Source of the DNA: an uncultured Candidatus Binatia bacterium
GTDB lineage: Bacteria; Desulfobacterota; Binatia; UBA9968; JAJDTQ01
Reading direction: 5' to 3'
Assembly: GCA_965213675.1 (NCBI GenBank)
Contig: OZ243916.1
Location: 192,001-256,000 of the forward strand
DNA length: 64,000 nucleotides
Part shown: piece by piece, positions 50,778 through 58,849 of the stretch
Layout of the letters: each line of letters starts with the position of its first letter
How positions within the stretch are numbered: the stretch's first letter is position 1
The notes under the pieces: model-generated
What the model saw: the letters and a program-made list of their open reading frames with translations, nothing else
Told to the model about the DNA's origin: nothing
The model's database searches: none
Translations under genes and position numbers: made by a program

Positions 50778-52018
50778 GCCACCGCTCCCGCCGCAAGGGT
50801 TTCTTCCAAGCGCGGATAAGCCTTGGCGAAGGCCCGCGCGGAGTCTTCCCGCAGCGCTGGCGCCACTTCGGTGGCGAACAGGCGCTGGCTCTTGCGGACC
50901 AGCTCGCCCGGCATGTTGCCCAGGTGGAACTGGATCAGCAGGTTCCCCACCTGGGACTTCTCGATGAGGCTCAGGATCTTCCGGTGCACGGTCTCGGGAC
51001 TGCCCACCACGATGGACTGGGCCTTGTCCAGTTCGTCCCAGTCGTTGACGTCGCCCAGCATGGCGCGGTTGGGGTCGGAGTGTTTCAGGAACTCCCTCCA
51101 CGCGGGCGCCGGGATGTAGGGCACGCCCGCGCCAAACGTGAGTTGGCGGCCTTCCTTGCGCAGGTGCCCCTTGAGGCAGTTGCGCAGGAAGTACCAGACT
51201 CCCTCCTCGCACTCTTCCTTCGCTTGGGCGTCGGTCTCGCTTACGTACGCCGACATGAGGATGCCCATGCGGAACGGCTGGTAGCTGTCGCCGTGATCTT
51301 CCAACACCTTGGAGAACTGCTCCCGCGCCTTGTAGGTCTCGCCGCCGTGGCTGCGGGACGAAAGGAAGTAGCAGTAGCCGCGCTTGGCCACCTCGGTGAG
51401 GGTGGACGCGCTGCGCGAGCCGGGCACCCAGATGGGCGGATGGGGCTTTTGGATGGGTTTGGGCCAAGGGTTGACGTAGCGCAGCGGATAGTAGTGGCCT
51501 TCGTGGTGGAACGGTCCGTCATCCGTCCACGAGCGCACCACCAGGTCCACCGCTTCCCAGAAGCGCTCGCGCGAAGTCACCGAGGGAATGTCGTAGTTGT
51601 AGTTCTCCGGTCCGCCGCCCGGGGCGAAGCCCGCGATGACGCGCCCGTTGCTCATGTTGTCGAGCATGGCGTATTCCTCGGCCACCCGGAGCGGGTTGTT
51701 GTGCAGCGGCAGCAGGTTCCCGAGAACGACGATCTTCGCCTTGCTGGAGCGCTGGGTCAGCGCCGCCGCAATGAGATTGGGCGACGGCATCAGGCCGTAG
51801 ATGTTCTGGTGGTGCTCGTTCAGCACCAGCCCGTCGAAGCCCAGCTCGTCGGCGTAGGCGAGCTGATCGATGTATTCCTGGAACAGGCCGCGGGACTTCT
51901 CCGAGTCCCACAGGTTGTTGGGAACCGTCACCCAACCGGTGTCGTACTTCTCATCGAAGTCCTCGGGGAGATGCGGATACGCCATGAAGTGCCAGCAGAA
52001 CAGTTGTACCGGGTGCAT
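50774..52018 (-). CDS. Luciferase-like (LLM) flavin-dependent monooxygenase
   Basis: ADELGFDGLVLNEHH, PLRVAEEYAMLDNMSNGR, PKPIQKPHPPIW, VGSPETV; GGAGG SD. Confidence 0.93.
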   Translation of the reverse strand: MHPVQLFCWHFMAYPHLPEDFDEKYDTGWVTVPNNLWDSEKSRGLFQEYIDQLAYADELGFDGLVLNEHHQNIYGLMPSPNLIAAALTQRSSKAKIVVLGNLLPLHNNPLRVAEEYAMLDNMSNGRVIAGFAPGGGPENYNYDIPSVTSRERFWEAVDLVVRSWTDDGPFHHEGHYYPLRYVNPWPKPIQKPHPPIWVPGSRSASTLTEVAKRGYCYFLSSRSHGGETYKAREQFSKVLEDHGDSYQPFRMGILMSAYVSETDAQAKEECEEGVWYFLRNCLKGHLRKEGRQLTFGAGVPYIPAPAWREFLKHSDPNRAMLGDVNDWDELDKAQSIVVGSPETVHRKILSLIEKSQVGNLLIQFHLGNMPGELVRKSQRLFATEVAPALREDSARAFAKAYPRLEETLAAGAVA

Positions 52019-52167
52019 GTTTCCTCCGTTGGAGCCACCGAGGTCAGCCCTGGGCCGATGGGTCGAGGAATCCTGACTTCCTGAGTCGAGATCGAATGCA
52101 TCAAGAATTCGGGTGTTGCGTCTGGAGATATGTCGTCCCAACTGCCGGGGCTCTTCGCCGCGGGATG

Positions 52168-52319
52168 CTAGTGTGGTGTCTGGTTAATTCGCGTCATAAT
52201 CTGCGGGTCTTTTTCGCCGTCGGCTGCGTTGCTCTTCCTCGCGTGGTCTGCTCGTCATCGCGCCTTGCCGACAACAAAAAATCCTCCGCAGATTATGGCG
52301 AATTCAGACACCACACTAG
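52168..52319 (-). mobile_element. MITE copy 2 (small deletions)
   Basis: ctagTGTGGTGTCTGGTTAATT...CAGACACCACActag. Confidence 0.88.
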
Positions 52320-52718
52320 GAGCCTGTCCGAGTAGTAGTCAAAGCGACTTCCTTTTATTTGCCTGGCGACGCTCCGGACGGGAGGCGAGATGACGTTTGA
52401 CAATCGTTGGTCTGAGTGAAGCCGAGGGACGGCATTTCGAGTTCGAGGTGGTCCTGTTCGTGGCCGCAAACGCAAGACAAGGCTCTTTCAGGCGTGCCGA
52501 GGCGCGGTGGGCATGCCAGCAGAACAGTTGTACCGGGTGCATGTTTCCTCCGTTGGAGCCACCGAGGTCAGCCCGTGGGCCGATGGGTCGAGGAATCCTG
52601 ACTTCCTGAGTCGAGATCGAATGCATCAAGAATTCGGGTGTTGCTGGGCGTTGTAGCCCTGGATGAAACCGTCTGGAGATATGTCGTCCCAACTGCCGGG
52701 GCTCTTCGCCGCGGGCGC

Positions 52719-52886
52719 CTAGTGTGGTGTCTGGTTAATACGCGTCATAATCTGCGGGTCTTATTCGCCGTCGGCTGCGTTGCTCTTCCTCGCGTGGTAC
52801 GCGCCACTGCGAATCGTCATCGCGCCTTGCCGACGACAAAAAGTCCTCCGCAGATTATGACCCGAATTATCCAGACACCACACTAG
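52719..52886 (-). mobile_element. MITE copy 3
   Basis: Same TIRs; right CTAG contains the TAG stop of the SH3 gene. Confidence 0.9.
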
Positions 52887-53449
52887 GTAAAGCTCCGGGT
52901 GCGCGCCTTTCTCCTCAGACGGACACGGGTCATGCCCAACAGCCAGCCGATGAGGAGCACGCCGGCGCCGCTGATGAACCACCAGAGGCGCTCGTCGCGC
53001 TCGAAGTTGGCGGCTTCCCGTTGCAGGCGTTGCAGCAGGCGCCGGTCGCCCTCGTGGTCGTTTGCGAGCTTGTCGTTGCGCTCAGTGAGGTTCCGGTTCT
53101 CGTCACGAAGCCGCTCCAGTTCGGCGGCCTGAACCTCGACCCTTTCGCTCAGCTCTTCGAGGCGCCGCTCCGGCGGGGCCTCGTTTGTGAGAAAGTTCTT
53201 GAGCACGTAGCCCTGGCGCCCGTCCGGGAGGGAGACGCGGTTGTATTCACCCTCCTCTCCGAGGATACGCATCTCGTTGCCGGTCTTCAGCACCGCGAGG
53301 ATCCGGTGCCCCACGCTCGGACCCGTGCGCAGCATCACCTCGCGATAGCCGCTGACGTACGCGCTTTGCGCGTGGCACAACCCTGTCAACGCGAAGGTCC
53401 ACAGGGCCGCGAGCCACAGACAGCGGACGGTGGCAGGCGCCCGTTTCAT
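52883..53449 (-). CDS. SH3-domain protein (TIGR04211/YgiM-like)
   Basis: Signal peptide, YVS...MLRTGPSVGHRIL, GRQGYV, coiled coil, WFISGAGVLLIGWLLG TM. Confidence 0.88.
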   Translation of the reverse strand: MKRAPATVRCLWLAALWTFALTGLCHAQSAYVSGYREVMLRTGPSVGHRILAVLKTGNEMRILGEEGEYNRVSLPDGRQGYVLKNFLTNEAPPERRLEELSERVEVQAAELERLRDENRNLTERNDKLANDHEGDRRLLQRLQREAANFERDERLWWFISGAGVLLIGWLLGMTRVRLRRKARTRSFT

Positions 53450-54312
53450 CCGTGACAACCCATCTGACCCAGAACGGTGCGCGACATGAGGCTGTCCCGT
53501 TCGCCCAGTTGTCCCGAGACCGAGAAGTGGTGCGCGCCGGGCACCTCCAGGTAACTGCAATCGACGCCGCGCTCCTGACACAGGGCGAAGAAGTCCCGCG
53601 ACATGCCGATCCAGCCGCGGCTCTCCGCCTTGCCCACGGCCACCACGAGCGGAGTCCGGTCCAGGGGCGGATGCAGCAGCGCACTCATCTCCCGCGCGCT
53701 CTCGGGCGTCAGGCGGATGTCCTCGTTGACCGAGACGTGGAAGACGGGGTCCGGGTCGTAGACGCCTGTGATGGCCACCGCGCCCTTGAGGATGTCCCTG
53801 GGGAGGCCGTCTTCCTCCCAGCGGTGGCCCACGGCCCGCGCCGTCAGATGTCCACCGGCGGAGGAACCGGTCAGGTAAAGTCGTTCCGGGTCGCCGCCGT
53901 ACTCCGCGATGTGGCGGTACACCCACGCGACGCCTTCGCGGGTCTCGCGCATGATGTCGGGCACGGTAACCTGCGGGCAGAGGTCGTATTCGAGCAATAC
54001 CGTCGTGGCCCCGGCCTCGAAGAACGGCTCCGAGATGAAGCTGTAGGCATCCTTGCTGCCGCCGCGCCAGTAGCCGCCGTGGATGTAGATCTGCACCGGC
54101 GCGCCGGACCGTTCCGCCGGGAAGATGTCCAGGGTCATCCGCGGCCCGTCGCCGTAGCGCACGTCGCGATGGTGCTTCAGCTTCGCGCGGGTGGCCTCGC
54201 TGGCCTGCTCGCGCTCCGCGCTCCACCGGGGATAGTCGGGCACGGTGACGCGGGGATTGAACTGGTACTCCATCTGGTCGCGATGAAAGTCCTTGTATAC
54301 CGCTTCCGCCAT
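53446..54312 (-). CDS. Arylformamidase-like alpha/beta hydrolase (HSL family)
   Basis: QFNPR, DVRYG, LDIF, IHGGYW, GSSAGGHL, HHFS. Confidence 0.88.
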   Translation of the reverse strand: MAEAVYKDFHRDQMEYQFNPRVTVPDYPRWSAEREQASEATRAKLKHHRDVRYGDGPRMTLDIFPAERSGAPVQIYIHGGYWRGGSKDAYSFISEPFFEAGATTVLLEYDLCPQVTVPDIMRETREGVAWVYRHIAEYGGDPERLYLTGSSAGGHLTARAVGHRWEEDGLPRDILKGAVAITGVYDPDPVFHVSVNEDIRLTPESAREMSALLHPPLDRTPLVVAVGKAESRGWIGMSRDFFALCQERGVDCSYLEVPGAHHFSVSGQLGERDSLMSRTVLGQMGCHG

Positions 54313-54571
54313 TGGCGTTCCTCCTTGGCCGTCTCCCCGCGGTCTTTCGAAGTTTCGCCGGCGTCGTTGGGCGCATGGCCGGAATGATGCGGGGCGAAAG
54401 ACGCCGGACTCCCGGCTTCTGTACCAGATTGGCCCGTGGGACGCGACACTGGTTTCGCCGGACGGGCGCCGTACGAACCTCCGGTTTCCGGGAAAATCGA
54501 CAGCCTCGGGTCGTCCTTGAAGAGCCCCGGGCGTGCTTGTCACCGTCGGGATATTGCCGTAAGGAAACGGT

Positions 54572-55897
54572 ATGGATGGAACCACCTACCGGGAACGGCG
54601 CAAGGCCTTCATGGAGCGCATGGGCGAGGGCGTGGCGGTCATTCCGGCGGCGCCGCCGTCCACGCGTTCCAACGATGTGGAGTACCGCTACCGGCAGGAC
54701 AACGACCTGTTCTATCTGACCGGTTTTCCGGAACCCCACAGCCTGTGCGTGCTGTCGCCGGGGCATGAGTCGGAGCGCTTCGTGCTCTTCGTGCAGCCGC
54801 GCGACCGCAACAAGGAGACCTGGACGGGGAAGCGCTACGGCACCGAGGGGGCGCGGGAGGCATTCGGGGCGGACGCCGCCTACACCATCGATCAGGTGAA
54901 GGAGGTCCTGCCCGGGAAGCTGTCCGGTGCGGACACGGTTTATTTCGCGCCGGGGCGCGACGAGCGCATGAACGCGCTGGTCCGGGAACTGCTCGACGCC
55001 AGTCGCTCCGGGCGCGCGCGCACCGGCCGGGGAGTGGTTTCGCTGGTGGACCCGGGGTCCATCGTGCACGAAATGCGCCTTTTCAAGTCGCCCGGGGAGC
55101 TGGACGTCATGCGCAAGGCCGTGGCGGCGTCGGAACGCGCCCACGCCGCGGCCTTGAGGGCGGCGCGCGACGGCGTCTGCGAGTACGAGCTGGAGGCCTT
55201 GCTGGAATACCATTTCCGCGCGGCCGGCGGTTCGGGCATGGCGTACCCTTCCATCGTCGCGTCCGGGGTCAACGCCACCATCCTCCACTACACGCAGAAC
55301 GAACGGCGCATGCGCGACGGCGACCTGGTGCTCATCGACGCGGGCGCGGAATTCGACGGCTATTGTTCGGACGTCACGCGCACGTTCCCGGTGGGGGCAA
55401 GCTACTCGGCGCCCCAGCGCCGGATCTACGAGACCGTCCTGCGCGCGCAGATGGAGGGCATTGCGCGGGTGCGGCCGGGCGTGTCCATGGAAGACATCCA
55501 CCGGCGCGCCACGGAGGTGCTGGTGGAGGGGCTCATCGAAATTGGCCTCCTGTCAGGGAAAACGGATGAACTGATCGACAAGGGCGAGCACGCCCGGTTC
55601 TACATGCACCGCACCGGCCACTGGTTGGGGCTGGACGTGCACGACGTGGGCCGCTACCGCGTCGGCGGCGTCGCGCGGCCGCTGGAGCCCGGCATGGTGC
55701 TCACCGTGGAGCCCGGGCTCTACGTCGCCGAAGATCTGGACGGCGTGAGCGACGCGTACCGTGGCATCGGCGTGCGCATCGAGGACGATGTCCTGGTGAC
55801 CGGCACGGGCCACGAGGTGTTGTCCGCCGCCATCCCCAAGGAGGTGGACGCCATCGAGGCGATCCGGCGCGAAGCGTTGGCGAGCCCGCGCCAGTGA
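54572..55897 (+). CDS. pepP: Xaa-Pro aminopeptidase
   Basis: YRQDNDLFYLTG, ILHY, LIDAG, SDVTRTFP, HWLGLDVHD, TVEPGLY, GVRIEDD. Confidence 0.95.
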   Translation: MDGTTYRERRKAFMERMGEGVAVIPAAPPSTRSNDVEYRYRQDNDLFYLTGFPEPHSLCVLSPGHESERFVLFVQPRDRNKETWTGKRYGTEGAREAFGADAAYTIDQVKEVLPGKLSGADTVYFAPGRDERMNALVRELLDASRSGRARTGRGVVSLVDPGSIVHEMRLFKSPGELDVMRKAVAASERAHAAALRAARDGVCEYELEALLEYHFRAAGGSGMAYPSIVASGVNATILHYTQNERRMRDGDLVLIDAGAEFDGYCSDVTRTFPVGASYSAPQRRIYETVLRAQMEGIARVRPGVSMEDIHRRATEVLVEGLIEIGLLSGKTDELIDKGEHARFYMHRTGHWLGLDVHDVGRYRVGGVARPLEPGMVLTVEPGLYVAEDLDGVSDAYRGIGVRIEDDVLVTGTGHEVLSAAIPKEVDAIEAIRREALASPRQ

Positions 55898-55919
55898 CCG
55901 CACCGCGCCAGTGACCGCA
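55886..55919 (+). repeat. 17-bp tandem duplication over the pepP stop
   Basis: ccgcgccagtgaccgca x2. Confidence 0.8.
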
Positions 55920-55932
55920 ACTCCTGCGGCGA

Positions 55933-56097
55933 CTAGTGTGGTGTCTGGTTAATACGCGTCATAATCTGCGGGTCTTTTTCGCCGTCGGCTGCGTTGCTCT
56001 TCCTCGCGTGGTACACGCCACTGCTCGTCATCGCGCCTTGCCGACGACAAAAAATCCTCCGCAGATTATGACGCGTATTATCCAGACACCACACTAG
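55933..56097 (-). mobile_element. MITE copy 4
   Basis: ctagTGTGGTGTCTGGTTAATACGCGTCATAATCTGCGG...CCGCAGATTATGACGCGTATTATCCAGACACCACActag. Confidence 0.9.
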
Positions 56098-56100
56098 CTC

Positions 56101-56286
56101 CTAGTCGCAGCCCAGGCAGCGTACGGTTTCGAACAAGGCCTTTTCGTCGGTGGCGGTGCGCGCATGGTCCAGCACGATGCGCAGTGCCTTGGATTCGTCC
56201 GCGATCTGGTATTTCCGGGTCATGGCCTCCAGCCACTCCCGTTGCACGCGTTCGATATTCACGCTCATGTCGATCTTGTCCTTCAT
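56101..56286 (-). CDS. Small hypothetical protein, ribbon-helix-helix-like with C-terminal CxxC
   Basis: AAGGAG SD; MSVNIERVQREWLEAMTRKYQIADESKALRIVLDHA...RCLGCD. Confidence 0.7.
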   Translation of the reverse strand: MKDKIDMSVNIERVQREWLEAMTRKYQIADESKALRIVLDHARTATDEKALFETVRCLGCD

Positions 56287-56377
56287 GGGGCGCTCCTTTC
56301 CCAACCCTTCGGGTGTGTGTGAATCCTGTTCTCGGGCACCACGCAAGTCCGTTTGCCGCAGGCGTCATCCTGCGGCG

Positions 56378-56392
56378 CAGACACCACACTAG
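56378..56392. mobile_element. Solo MITE end on the phosphosugar mutase stop
   Basis: cagacaccacactag, identical to the MITE terminus. Confidence 0.7.
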
Positions 56393-58623
56393 ACGCGATG
56401 CGCCCATCTCTCGAGTTCTTCCACCAGGACCATACCGGACTCGCGGCGCCACTGGCGACACAGGGACGCCAGAGCTGGCTTGAGGGCCGGCAGGGGGTCC
56501 GCCGCCGGGGTCATGGAGGCAGCTTCCCGGCGAAGCCAGTCCAGCAACTCGTCCAGTAACGTGAACCTGCCGCTGCCCATGGCGTCGCGCAGGCGCGGCA
56601 CAGTCTCGCGGCCGAAGCGCTGCTTGCCTTCCAGGTCGATGATGTCCGGCAGCAGCAGCGCCGCTTCGTCCAGCGACACGCCGATGCGCGCGAGCAGTTC
56701 ATTGTACACGTTCCGGACCACCTCGTTGGCCTTGGCCCGCACCTGCCGCAGCATTTCCGTGCCGCCGCTGTCCGTTGTTTCTCCGTCCGGCAACAACTGG
56801 CAGTAGAGCTTGAGCTTGGGTTCGGTGCCGGACGGGCGCATGGTGATGACGAAGCGGTCGGTGTGGGCCTGAAGGATGTTCCGCGGCAGGCGATCCGTCT
56901 CGCTGGCGATGGGACCGAAACGCTCCCGATCCCAATAGTCGATGAAGCGTTGCACGGTGCGGCCCCCAAGCTCCTTGGGCGGGGATTCCCGCAGCGCCGC
57001 CATGATGCGGTCCTTCTTGCGCGCTCCTTGAGCGCCGGCCAGGACGATGCTGCGGTTGACGTTGTCGTAGGCGCCCAGTTCCCGCAGCATGGACGTGTAG
57101 TAGTCCAGCAAGGTGCGATCTTCGTCCCGCAGGCGCTGGTACAGGCGCGCCAGCACCATGCACGCCGGTGTGGCGTCCTTGTCGCGGATGCCCGGGGCCA
57201 TGACCACGCCGTGGCTCTCCTCCGCGGCGAGCACGAGGTCTTGCGGCGAGCAGGTGATGTTTCTGTAGCGGCCCGTGCGCTCCAGGGTCTTGAGGACATC
57301 GGCCACGTATTTGAAGCCCACCAGCAGGTCATCGATGAGCCACGAGTCCCCGGCTTCGGCCACGATGCGGCCGAGCAGCTTGGTGGTCACCAAGGTTTCC
57401 ATCACCAGCCCCCGGCGGCGCGGTCCCTCGGGGTCGAGCATGAGATGGTGCCCCAGGATGGCGGCGATCTGGTTGCCGTCGAAGTGGTACCAGGAACCGT
57501 CTTCCAGGCGCGCCTCCATGCCGATGCGGTCGGCGTCGGGATCGCTGGAAAGCACGATGCCGGCGCCGTGGCGGTCGGCGAATTCCCGCGCCGGCACGGT
57601 GGCGTGGGGCACTTCCGGGTTGGGCGCCTTGAAGGGGATGGCGGCGAAGCTGCCGTCAAGGCCCTGGTCGGGCGGCATGAGCACCGGGAAGCCCAGCTGC
57701 TCCAGCACCGGTTTCACCGTGTGGACGCCGCAGCCGCACAGGGGCGTGTAGACCAGCGGCGCGTCGGCCCGTGGAGCAGGGAGTCTGCCGCCGTCACCGC
57801 CGCCCGCGCCGGCGCGGGACGAATAGAGGTCCCGGTACAGGTCCACATAGGTCTCGACATAGGCGCTCCGCAGGTCCGCGGGCAGCGGCCGGATCATCGC
57901 CGTGCGCAGCCCTTCGGCGAACGGCATGGCGCGCACGGTTGTGGCCCGTTCCATGGCGTCCACCAGCCGCTGATCCTCGGGGGCGATGGGCTGGCTGCCG
58001 TAGTCGTCGTAGACCTTGATGCCGTTGTCGTCTGGCGGGTTGTGGGACGCCGACACGTTCACGCCGCCGGCGGCGCCCAATCGCACGATGTAGAACGAAA
58101 GCTCCGGCGTGCTGGTCACCGCGCCGTCGTCTTCCGGCTCCGCCAGCCATGCGACGATGCCGTTGGCGGCGTAGATCTCGCACGCCAGTCTGGCCAGCGC
58201 GCGTGAAGACAAGCCCAGCAGGGGGTGTGGGGGAGTCAGGAACGTGTACACGCCAGCGTTGTCCGCGAACACGCGCACATCGTTGGCCACGACGACGCTG
58301 AGCGCGGCGCCGGGAAGGTTCGCCTTGAGGTAGTCGGCGTGGCCCTGGGCCGTCATGGCCACCGTCGACGGGTTCATGCGGTTGGCGCCGTATCCCATGG
58401 GGCCGCGGCGTCCGCCGGTGCCGAAGGGAAGTACCTGGCGGAAGGCGTCGAACAGCAGGTCCGCGCGGGCGTCGTCCAGGTGCCGCGCCAGCGCCTCCGG
58501 CTCCGCATGGGGAATCGCCCCTCCGATCCACTGGCGCAGCCGTTCGGCGGCCCCGGCGCCGGCAGCGTCGTAACGCTCCGTCAGGAGGGCGCACATCCGG
58601 TCCAGCCGCGCGTCGTCGGTCAT
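56389..58623 (-). CDS. Phosphoglucomutase/phosphomannomutase-family protein
   Basis: FGTGGRRG, SASHNP, DPDADR, GFKY, EESHG, RPSGTEPKLK. Confidence 0.93.
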   Translation of the reverse strand: MTDDARLDRMCALLTERYDAAGAGAAERLRQWIGGAIPHAEPEALARHLDDARADLLFDAFRQVLPFGTGGRRGPMGYGANRMNPSTVAMTAQGHADYLKANLPGAALSVVVANDVRVFADNAGVYTFLTPPHPLLGLSSRALARLACEIYAANGIVAWLAEPEDDGAVTSTPELSFYIVRLGAAGGVNVSASHNPPDDNGIKVYDDYGSQPIAPEDQRLVDAMERATTVRAMPFAEGLRTAMIRPLPADLRSAYVETYVDLYRDLYSSRAGAGGGDGGRLPAPRADAPLVYTPLCGCGVHTVKPVLEQLGFPVLMPPDQGLDGSFAAIPFKAPNPEVPHATVPAREFADRHGAGIVLSSDPDADRIGMEARLEDGSWYHFDGNQIAAILGHHLMLDPEGPRRRGLVMETLVTTKLLGRIVAEAGDSWLIDDLLVGFKYVADVLKTLERTGRYRNITCSPQDLVLAAEESHGVVMAPGIRDKDATPACMVLARLYQRLRDEDRTLLDYYTSMLRELGAYDNVNRSIVLAGAQGARKKDRIMAALRESPPKELGGRTVQRFIDYWDRERFGPIASETDRLPRNILQAHTDRFVITMRPSGTEPKLKLYCQLLPDGETTDSGGTEMLRQVRAKANEVVRNVYNELLARIGVSLDEAALLLPDIIDLEGKQRFGRETVPRLRDAMGSGRFTLLDELLDWLRREAASMTPAADPLPALKPALASLCRQWRRESGMVLVEELERWAHRV

Positions 58624-58737
58624 GTTGTGGAGCCCGTGTTCGGAATGGCGTCCTTCCACTTCGCCCGGCCACGCTTCGCTACGCTGGGGACGCCGCCCCT
58701 TGAATCGATGTTGTGACTGGCAGGACCCGAAATGAAA

Positions 58738-58806
58738 GGCGGCCCCGGGGCCGCCCCGATCTGCAGTCGGTGCGATTCCGCAGGGCGACGGGCGGTCGCC
58801 CTGCGG
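58738..58806 (-). terminator. Two palindromes downstream of UbiD (terminator-like and REP-like)
   Basis: ggcggccccggggccgcc (58738-58755) followed by TTTC on the minus strand; ccgcagggcgac-gggcg-gtcgccctgcgg (58778-58806). Confidence 0.55.
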
Positions 58807-58849
58807 AGATGTCCGCGATGGCCTCACATTGGGGCGGCCTGCGGTGGCC

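Larger units (their letters stand above)
51990..52886. repeat. Imperfect direct duplication 51990-52319 / 52514-52886 (LLM 5' end + leader + MITE)
   Basis: Both copies read tgccagcagaacagttgtaccgggtgcatgtttcctcc...; copy 2 has a 26-bp insert at 52644-52669. Confidence 0.9.

Noticed and set aside
49959-51467. 502-aa ORF suggesting an LLM-hydrolase fusion
   Set aside because: The 5' part is an alternative frame of the LLM gene; the hydrolase starts at 50777 with an ATGA overlap
52883-55501. 872-aa minus-strand ORF
   Set aside because: Only the last 188 aa (SH3 protein from 53449) are credible; the rest overlaps the arylformamidase out of frame and pepP antisense
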